From Ignavibacterium sp. (lineage in GTDB: Bacteria > Bacteroidota > Ignavibacteria > Ignavibacteriales > Ignavibacteriaceae): a DNA stretch of 64,000 nucleotides. Of the stretch, positions 17,333 through 24,207 are shown piece by piece. Below the pieces are notes generated by a model. The model did not search any database. It worked only from the letters and a program-made list of their open reading frames with translations, and was not told the DNA's origin. The translations under genes and the position numbers were made by a program. The number at the start of each line of letters is the position of its first letter. The first letter of the stretch is position 1. The DNA is taken from assembly GCF_039961615.1 (NCBI RefSeq), contig NZ_JABRWE010000034.1, positions 96,503 through 160,502 on the forward strand, written 5' to 3'.

Positions 17333-19304
17333 AAAAAGGAACAGAACTCTTACAATTTGGCTATTCCTTATAATTATCTGGATAAATCTATTTAATTATG
17401 TTTTTTTACCAAATGGAATATCTTTTGATTATTTAGTTTATGATTTTTTATTAAGCAAGTTTTATAAACAATATAAAAATAAGAATATTCAATATGTTTT
17501 GATTACGAACAATACTTATTCGGAATTATTTAAGTCTAATTTAATTTATAGAAGTAAAATCGCAGATGCTGTAGTATTACTAGAGGAGTTGGGGGTAGAA
17601 TTAATTATCTTTGATATAATCTTTCTTCATCCATCAAATCCAAAAGATGATATTGCTTTATCTAAAGTATTAAGCAAATATGATAACATTATTCAGCCAA
17701 TTGCTTTGATAAACTATCCTGATATAACAACCAACAAAGATTTAAAGACAATTAAATTAATAGATTTGCAAACTCACTTAAAATTATCAACTTCTAATGA
17801 AATAATATTTCCAAATTTAAAGTTTCTCTCTAAAGACAGTTTCTTAGGGCATATTAGCGATTACCCCGATAAAGATGGTGTAATGCGACATACAAGATTG
17901 ATAATAAATAAAGATTCAACTTTTATTCCATCATTAAGTTTCGCTTCATTTTTAAGAATGAAGAAAGATTCTGTTTTTACAGTGAAATTAATAGAGAATG
18001 AATTCCTTTTAATAAATGATAGCTTAAAAATTCCGATTGATCATTTAGGAAGGACTCTCGTTCCTTTTGTTTCTGAGTGGGGCAATGATTTCGAAGCATT
18101 GACTTTAGAGGATTTGATCAAAATGAACAATGATATATATGATAAAGTAAGGTTAAGAAATTCTTTAAATGGTAAGATTGTGCTAATTGCTGATGTCTCT
18201 GCAAGTGCTGCCGATATTTACCCAACACCATTATCAAAGCTTACCCCTCTAGTAATGTTACATTCATCGATGTTAAACGCATTAATGAATAATATCTTTA
18301 TTCATAAAATTAGTTTTAATCAGCGTACTCTAGTATTAAATATTTTACTTTTTATTTTATTTTCATTGTTCTACAAACAAAAAAGAATTTATTTATTTGT
18401 AAGCTTGTTGTCCTCAATTTTCTTATTAACATTATTAACTCTCATACTGTTTATTCTGGGTCATTTTTTATTTTATGTTTCAATAGTTGTATGCTTAATT
18501 CTGTCTTTTACTCTTGGATTTTTTCTAATTGAATTTATTTTCTTAAAAGAAAAGAAAATTATTGAATTAGATAATTATCGAAAGTCTTTCGAAATGCAGG
18601 AAACAAAAAAAATTCTACAGAATTTAATGCCCAGAAGTAACTTTATTTTCTTGGATTATGAAATATCAGCGTATATCAATTCAGCAGAAGAAGTAGGCGG
18701 CGACTTTTTTGATTATTATCAGAATGATGAAGAACTAAAAATATTTGTTGCGGATGGTTCTGGTCATGGTCTCCAGGCAGGAATTTTGGTAGTCTCTTTA
18801 AAAACAATTATTACTTCACTTAAGCTAAATGGTCCTTCTAAAACACTATTTCAAATAAATAACACTTTAAAGAAAATTAATTTTACTAAACTGTTTCTCT
18901 GTATGGTAATTATCTCTGTTAATCGAAATTATATTACTTTTTCTGTCGCTGGATTACCACCTCTTATTCATTATAAAGCCAACTTAAATAAGTTTGATCT
19001 TTACCACCATAAAAATATTCCTTTAGGTGTGAAATCTAACTTTGAATTTATTGAATCAACAATAAAACTGGAAGAAAACGACATATTATTTATTTATACA
19101 GATGGCTTAAGCGAACTTTTCAATTCTAAAAAAGAAATGCTCGGTATTGAAAACATCAAACAAACGCTTTTGAAATGTTCTCACAAATCCACTAATGAAA
19201 TAGTATCTGATCTAAAAGATTTAATTCTAAAATGGAAAAAAGATGAACTTCAGAATGATGATATTACTTTTTTAATTATTAAGAAGAATAAAAAGCCGTT
19301 TTAG
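17316..19304 (+). CDS. CHASE2 extracytoplasmic sensor fused to PP2C/SpoIIE-type serine phosphatase
   Basis: The ATG at 17319 is the probable start. After an N-terminal TM, CHASE2-like motifs appear (VLITNNTY.., AVVLLEELGVELIIFDIIF, KDGVMRH, IVLIADVSASAADIYPTP, LVMLHSSMLNAL). A 3-4 TM block follows at roughly aa 335-405. The PP2C motifs are GGDFFDYY, VADGSGHGLQAG, YTDGLSE and NDDITFLIIKK. Confidence 0.85.
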   Translation: MMLTNKKRNRTLTIWLFLIIIWINLFNYVFLPNGISFDYLVYDFLLSKFYKQYKNKNIQYVLITNNTYSELFKSNLIYRSKIADAVVLLEELGVELIIFDIIFLHPSNPKDDIALSKVLSKYDNIIQPIALINYPDITTNKDLKTIKLIDLQTHLKLSTSNEIIFPNLKFLSKDSFLGHISDYPDKDGVMRHTRLIINKDSTFIPSLSFASFLRMKKDSVFTVKLIENEFLLINDSLKIPIDHLGRTLVPFVSEWGNDFEALTLEDLIKMNNDIYDKVRLRNSLNGKIVLIADVSASAADIYPTPLSKLTPLVMLHSSMLNALMNNIFIHKISFNQRTLVLNILLFILFSLFYKQKRIYLFVSLLSSIFLLTLLTLILFILGHFLFYVSIVVCLILSFTLGFFLIEFIFLKEKKIIELDNYRKSFEMQETKKILQNLMPRSNFIFLDYEISAYINSAEEVGGDFFDYYQNDEELKIFVADGSGHGLQAGILVVSLKTIITSLKLNGPSKTLFQINNTLKKINFTKLFLCMVIISVNRNYITFSVAGLPPLIHYKANLNKFDLYHHKNIPLGVKSNFEFIESTIKLEENDILFIYTDGLSELFNSKKEMLGIENIKQTLLKCSHKSTNEIVSDLKDLILKWKKDELQNDDITFLIIKKNKKPF

Positions 19305-19350
19305 AATCAAAACATTTCTTAAATTTGACTTACAAATAATTTAGATTCTT

Positions 19351-20790
19351 ATGGATGCATCTGTTAAAAATAAAATTAAATTTATAGTTGGGCAGGAAAA
19401 TTATTTTGATTCTTTTGAGGATCGTTTAGTTTATTCTTATGACGGAACTCCGGTTATCCAGCAAATGCCTGAAGCAGTTGTTTTTCCACAAGATGAAGAA
19501 CAAATATCCAAAATTCTTGAACTAGCTAATAATGTAAAGTTTAATGTCGTTCCTAGAGGTGCTGGAACCGGATTAAGTGGTGGTTCTATCCCAACTGAAA
19601 ATTCCGTTGTAATTGTTTTGACAAAATGGAATAAGATTCTGGAGATTGATGAGAAAAATTTAACTGCTACAGTTGAACCGGGAGTTGTAACTGGTATTCT
19701 TCAGAAAGAAGTTGAAAAACTTGGATTGTTTTATCCTCCAGATCCGGGAAGTCTTAATGTTTGTACTATCGGTGGAAATGTTGCTAACAATGCTGGCGGA
19801 TTACGTGGATTGAAATACGGTGTAACAAAAAATTATGTGCTTGGTGTTGAAATGATTTTGCCTGATGGTAAGTTTCTCAGAACTGGTGGAAAGAATATGA
19901 AAGATGTTGCTGGTTATAATCTAAGAGATTTTATTGTTGGAAGTGAAGGTACATTAGGAATAATAACGAAAGTCTTATTGAAGTTAATTCCTAAGCCGAC
20001 TAAGTCAATAACTATTTTAGCATTTTTTGAAAAATTAACAGATAGTGCACAAGCAGTATCTGATATAATTGCGGCTAAAGTTACCCCTGCAATGATGGAA
20101 TTTCTTGATAATACAACAATTAATTGCGTTGAAGATTATACTAAAATTGGTTTGCCAAGAAATGTAGATGCGTTATTACTTATTGAAGTTGATGGTCGTG
20201 GTAGTGAAGTTAAAGATGATGCTGAAACCGTTAAGTTTATACTGAAAAAGAATAAAGCTTTGGCTGTTCGTGAAGCATTTGATGAAGCACAGGCAAATAT
20301 ATTGAAAACTGCCCGGCGAAGTGCCTTCAGTGCTTTGGCAAGAAGAATGCCTACAACTATTCTTGAAGATGCAACTGTACCAAGAAGTGAATTACCTGTA
20401 ATGATTGAGAAGATTGTAAAGGCATCAAAAATGTTTGATGTGATGATTGGTAACTTTGGTCACGCAGGAGATGGGAATCTTCATCCAACAGCTTTAACAG
20501 ATGAAAGAGAGCAGAAAGAACTTGATAAGGCTCATCGTGCATTTGATTATATTTTCGATGAAGCTGTTAAACTTGGCGGAACTATTACCGGTGAGCATGG
20601 AACTGGTCTGGCAAAAAAACAATTTCTTGAAAAGGTAACCGGACCAGTTGGATTAGATATGATGATGAGAATTAAAAAAGCTATTGATGTAAATAACATT
20701 CTGAATCCGGGAAAAATATTTTCACTTTCTCCAAAATGCGAAGGGGCGCTTCCCAAAAAAAGAGAACACATAAAGAATTTTAATGAGTAA
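19351..20790 (+). CDS. FAD-linked oxidase, GlcD-like (glycolate / D-lactate dehydrogenase family)
   Basis: The FAD_binding_4 motifs are VVPRGAGTGLSGG and EPGV, and the C-terminus has GTITGEHGTGLAK and ILNPGK. Confidence 0.85.
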   Translation: MDASVKNKIKFIVGQENYFDSFEDRLVYSYDGTPVIQQMPEAVVFPQDEEQISKILELANNVKFNVVPRGAGTGLSGGSIPTENSVVIVLTKWNKILEIDEKNLTATVEPGVVTGILQKEVEKLGLFYPPDPGSLNVCTIGGNVANNAGGLRGLKYGVTKNYVLGVEMILPDGKFLRTGGKNMKDVAGYNLRDFIVGSEGTLGIITKVLLKLIPKPTKSITILAFFEKLTDSAQAVSDIIAAKVTPAMMEFLDNTTINCVEDYTKIGLPRNVDALLLIEVDGRGSEVKDDAETVKFILKKNKALAVREAFDEAQANILKTARRSAFSALARRMPTTILEDATVPRSELPVMIEKIVKASKMFDVMIGNFGHAGDGNLHPTALTDEREQKELDKAHRAFDYIFDEAVKLGGTITGEHGTGLAKKQFLEKVTGPVGLDMMMRIKKAIDVNNILNPGKIFSLSPKCEGALPKKREHIKNFNE

Positions 20791-22108
20791 ACTCCAGCAA
20801 AATTCAGAATTATTAAAAGTCTTACCAAGCGATGACATACTCCAACAATGTATTCATTGTGGAATGTGTCTGGCAACTTGCCCAACTTATGATTTAACAA
20901 AACTTGAGAGATCTTCTCCGCGAGGAAGAATAAGAATGATAAGATCGGTAGCTCGTGGTGAAATGGTATTAAGTTCTTTGTTTGCCGAAGAAATGAATTT
21001 TTGTCTGGATTGCCAGGCATGCGAGACTGCCTGTCCGGCCGGAGTTAAGTATGGAAGAATGGTTGAAGCAGCTCGTGTTTTAGTTGATGAAAGTGGATAT
21101 ACACCAAAAGTTCAGCTATTTCTTAAAAGATTTGCTTTAAGAAAAATTGTTGCATCCAGATTCTGGTTAAAATTTTTTTCACGGTTACTTTGGTTTTATC
21201 AAAAATCAGGAATACAAAAACTTATAAGGGCTACTGGAATTCTCAAACTATTTCCTAAAAATTTTTCTGAGATTGAAAAGCTTTCTCCTCCAATTGCAGG
21301 TCACTTCTCAGATTCAAGAATCAAAGAGATAGAACTACCAAATGGTGAAATCAAATACAAAACAGCATTTCACTTTGGTTGTTTGATGAATACGATGTTC
21401 GCTGATATTAACATTGATACTATAGATGTTCTGAAAGAAGTTGGTTGTAAAATTATTACACCAAAAGATCAGGTTTGCTGTGGTTCATTGATGGCACATA
21501 ACGGTGATATGGAATTTGCCTTAAAGTTAGCAAGAAAAAATATCGATGCTTTTGATAAACATGATTATGATTATTTGATTTCCAATTCTGCCGGTTGTGG
21601 TGCTTTTATGAAAGACTATGCACATCTTTTAGAAAATGATCCTGATTACTCCGAAAAAGCTAAACGATTTTCTTCCAAAGTAAAGGATGTCATGGAATTC
21701 TTTGCTGAACAAAAACCATTGAATGGTATTTCAATTTCAAATCCGGAACTTAATCTTAAACTTGAACATGAACTTATAACTTATCACGATGCATGTCATT
21801 TGGCTCACGCTCAAAAAGTTTTTTTACAACCAAGAGAAGTAATCAAATCATTGCCGGGAATAAAATATACCGAGCTTGAAGAAGCTTCGTGGTGTTGTGG
21901 TAGTGCTGGTATTTATAATGTCGTACGGTATGAAGATGCTGTTGTTCAGTTGCAGAGAAAAATGAAAAATATCAGAAACACAGGTGCAAAAATTGTTTTA
22001 ACAGGAAATCCCGGTTGTATGGGTCAGATAAAATACGGTGCAGAAAAATTTAATGTTGATGTTAAAGTTCTTCATCCAATTACTTTGATAAAAAAATTTA
22101 TTTCCTAA
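20783..22108 (+). CDS. Fe-S oxidoreductase, GlcF-like (two 4Fe-4S motifs plus two CCG domains)
   Basis: It has CIHCGMCLATCP and CLDCQACETACP together with the CCG motifs (CCGS, PGCMGQ). Its start overlaps the upstream gene by 8 nt. Confidence 0.85.
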   Translation: MSKLQQNSELLKVLPSDDILQQCIHCGMCLATCPTYDLTKLERSSPRGRIRMIRSVARGEMVLSSLFAEEMNFCLDCQACETACPAGVKYGRMVEAARVLVDESGYTPKVQLFLKRFALRKIVASRFWLKFFSRLLWFYQKSGIQKLIRATGILKLFPKNFSEIEKLSPPIAGHFSDSRIKEIELPNGEIKYKTAFHFGCLMNTMFADINIDTIDVLKEVGCKIITPKDQVCCGSLMAHNGDMEFALKLARKNIDAFDKHDYDYLISNSAGCGAFMKDYAHLLENDPDYSEKAKRFSSKVKDVMEFFAEQKPLNGISISNPELNLKLEHELITYHDACHLAHAQKVFLQPREVIKSLPGIKYTELEEASWCCGSAGIYNVVRYEDAVVQLQRKMKNIRNTGAKIVLTGNPGCMGQIKYGAEKFNVDVKVLHPITLIKKFIS

Positions 22109-22189
22109 ACGCTTTATAATATTACCAATATTTATCCAATTTGATTTGAAGTTAATAATTAGTGTAGGATATTTTGATTTTGCATTTCC

Positions 22190-22216
22190 GAGACAATTAG
22201 ACGGCTCGTCTCTACA
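22190..22216. repeat. degenerate REP copy flanking the RAYT gene
   Basis: GAGAC-aattagac-GGCTCGTCTCTACA. The right half (22203-22216) is identical to 22804-22817, while the left arm is decayed. Confidence 0.55.
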
Positions 22217-22732
22217 TTAAATTTTATTGTAATATTGATCCAATTCCCACTTCATTGGATTTAAGCGAATGTAATTTCTGATTTTATTTAAGGATTGTTC
22301 ATTTCTTATGATATGATCATAAAATCTTTCCTGCCATTGAAATTCAGTTTCACCTAAACTTCGTATTGTTTTCGTGCATTTTGATTTATATTGTCCAATG
22401 ATTGAACCCAACGAATCTTTTAATAATCTTGATTTAATCTCTTCTTCATTAAAAACCTTATCCTTATCAATAATTAAAATTCCGTGCAAGTGATTTGGCA
22501 TTATGATCCATTCATCAAGTTCGACATAATTTCTTAATGTTTTACAATTCATCCATTCAGATTCTACAATCTTTCCATATTCATTTAAAGTAATGATGCC
22601 ATCTTTAACTTCTCCAAAATAATTTCGGTGTCCTTTAGTGACAATAGTAATGTAATAATACCCACCATTTCTATAATCCCATGATTGTAATCTTGAAGAT
22701 TCAATACGATATTTATTTTTGAATTTTGCCAT
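22217..22732 (-). CDS. REP-associated tyrosine transposase (RAYT; IS200/IS605 Y1 HUH family)
   Basis: The 171 aa product has the HUH motif in MPNHLHGILII and a catalytic Tyr region IRNYIRLNPMKW. Its size is typical of the family, and the gene is flanked on both sides by REP hairpins. Confidence 0.85.
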   Translation of the reverse strand: MAKFKNKYRIESSRLQSWDYRNGGYYYITIVTKGHRNYFGEVKDGIITLNEYGKIVESEWMNCKTLRNYVELDEWIIMPNHLHGILIIDKDKVFNEEEIKSRLLKDSLGSIIGQYKSKCTKTIRSLGETEFQWQERFYDHIIRNEQSLNKIRNYIRLNPMKWELDQYYNKI

Positions 22733-22758
22733 CAGTAAAATTTCATTAAATATTCGTA

Positions 22759-22817
22759 GAGACGTTCCGTTGGAACGTCTCCAGCATACTGAGACGAGCC
22801 AACGGCTCGTCTCTACA
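22759..22817. repeat. two tandem REP hairpins (BIME-like) next to the RAYT gene
   Basis: The first hairpin is GAGACGTTCC (22759-22768)/GGAACGTCTC (22772-22781), a perfect 10-bp stem. The second is GAGACGAGCC (22791-22800)/GGCTCGTCTC (22804-22813), also a perfect 10-bp stem, followed by TACA. Confidence 0.85.
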
Positions 22818-22828
22818 TTTATTTTATT

Positions 22829-24145
22829 CTAATTAATTTTTTCATCCCAGAGAAGATGATCAAATGTTTCGCGACTTCGGGTAACGATTACTTTATCACC
22901 ATCAACCAAAATCTCTGCAGGTCTTCTTCTCACATTATAATTTGAAGCCATAGTCATTCCATAAGCTCCGGCAGACATAATTGCAAGAAATTCTCCTGAT
23001 AGAGTTTTTGTAATATTTCTGTCGCGTGCAAAATAATCTCCGGTTTCACAAACGGGTCCTACTATATCTGCGGTAATATCATCCCGGCTTTCATTTTTCA
23101 TAACAGGTTGAATATGATGATATGCCTGATAAATTGTTGGTCTGAGTAAATCATTCATTGCTGCGTCAACAATGATAAATTTTTTATTACCGTTTTGTTT
23201 GTTGTAAAGAACTTCAGTAAGTAAAACTCCACCGTTTGCAGTTAAAAATCTTCCCGGTTCAAATAGAATTTTGCAATCAAGTTTTTTAAATAATGGAATA
23301 GTTCTTTCAGAGAATTCTTCAATTGTAAAAGAGCTTTCATCATTATACTGAACTCCAATTCCACCGCCAACATCAAAGTGGCTGAGCTTCAGACCTTCAC
23401 CACTTAGCGTAAAATATAATTCACTCATTTTCTGAATTGCTTCAACAAAAGGTTCAATTGTTGTTATTTGTGAGCCGATATGCATATCAATTCCTGTGAA
23501 TTGAATATGCTTAAAATCATTTCTTCTCCGATATATCGAAAGAGCTGTTGTTGTGTCTATTCCAAATTTATTTTTTGATAATCCCGTTGAGATGTATGGA
23601 TGAGTTTTAGCATCAACATCAGGATTTACTCTTAAAGCAACAGCTGCTACAAGATTCTTTTCAGAGGCAATTTTGTTTATTAGTCCTACTTCTTCTTCGG
23701 ATTCTGCTTTTATCATCAGAACTTTTTGCTCTAATCCCAACCGAATTTCATCCTTTGTTTTTCCAACACCAGTTAAAATTATTTTTGAAGGCGCAACTCC
23801 TGTCTTTAATGCTCTGAATAATTCGCCTTCCGAATTCACATCAACTCCACTTCCAAGCCGGACAAAAGTGTTGATAACGCTCAAATTAAAATTTGATTTC
23901 ATCGCATAAAAAATCTGGTGATCAACTGCAGAGAATGCTTTTTCAAATTTCTGGTATTGATTTATGAAATGATTTTTGCTGTAAACATAGAGAGGTGTTC
24001 CGAACTGTTTAATAATTTCAATTGCTTTTATGTTTTCAATGAATAATTCATTGTTTTTGTATTTGATAAATTCTGTTTCAAAGTAATTCATAGTTTTATT
24101 TTTTATTAAAATTAAATCGTTGATAGCAGCTGGGTTTAATAGCAC
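22829..24145 (-). CDS. lysA: diaminopimelate decarboxylase
   Basis: It has GTPLYVYS, a PLP-lysine context YAMKSN, DVGGGIG, and CETGD with a C-terminal beta-barrel. The probable true start is the internal Met (MNYFETEF) at nt 24091. Confidence 0.9.
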   Translation of the reverse strand: MLLNPAAINDLILIKNKTMNYFETEFIKYKNNELFIENIKAIEIIKQFGTPLYVYSKNHFINQYQKFEKAFSAVDHQIFYAMKSNFNLSVINTFVRLGSGVDVNSEGELFRALKTGVAPSKIILTGVGKTKDEIRLGLEQKVLMIKAESEEEVGLINKIASEKNLVAAVALRVNPDVDAKTHPYISTGLSKNKFGIDTTTALSIYRRRNDFKHIQFTGIDMHIGSQITTIEPFVEAIQKMSELYFTLSGEGLKLSHFDVGGGIGVQYNDESSFTIEEFSERTIPLFKKLDCKILFEPGRFLTANGGVLLTEVLYNKQNGNKKFIIVDAAMNDLLRPTIYQAYHHIQPVMKNESRDDITADIVGPVCETGDYFARDRNITKTLSGEFLAIMSAGAYGMTMASNYNVRRRPAEILVDGDKVIVTRSRETFDHLLWDEKIN

Positions 24146-24207
24146 ACAGATAAATCAAATTTAATCTGTGTTATCAGTGAAAAAATCAAATTCGATAAAA
24201 GAAATAT

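Noticed and set aside
9999-19304. The protease operon as a cytoplasmic abortive-infection system of the STAND/caspase or CBASS-like type.
   Set aside because: No NTPase, cyclase, nuclease or TIR component is present. All products also carry export signals, so a classical intracellular Abi architecture does not fit.
20547-21020. A 157-aa minus-strand ORF spanning the glcD-like/glcF-like junction.
   Set aside because: It is antisense to two well-supported genes and has no motif or signal, so it is most likely a shadow ORF.
19351-22108. An incomplete glycolate oxidase (GlcD and GlcF without GlcE) as an anomaly.
   Set aside because: Two-gene FAD-oxidase plus Fe-S/CCG-protein arrangements are common for D-lactate or glycolate dehydrogenase-type enzymes, so the arrangement is not unusual enough to report.
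9431-22829. A classical integrase-bounded genomic island starting at the tRNA-Thr repeat.
   Set aside because: No integrase, recombinase or excisionase gene and no third copy of the tRNA-derived repeat was found in the window. The RAYT at 22217 is not an island integrase. The point is kept only as a weak hypothesis within the tRNA finding.
24092-24207. A lysine riboswitch or attenuator upstream of lysA, suggested by the hairpin ACACAGAT (24144-24151)/ATCTGTGT (24164-24171).
   Set aside because: The available leader of about 116 nt is too short for an L-box, which needs roughly 180 nt with five helices. No conserved L-box motifs were recognised, and the hairpin lacks a following U-run.
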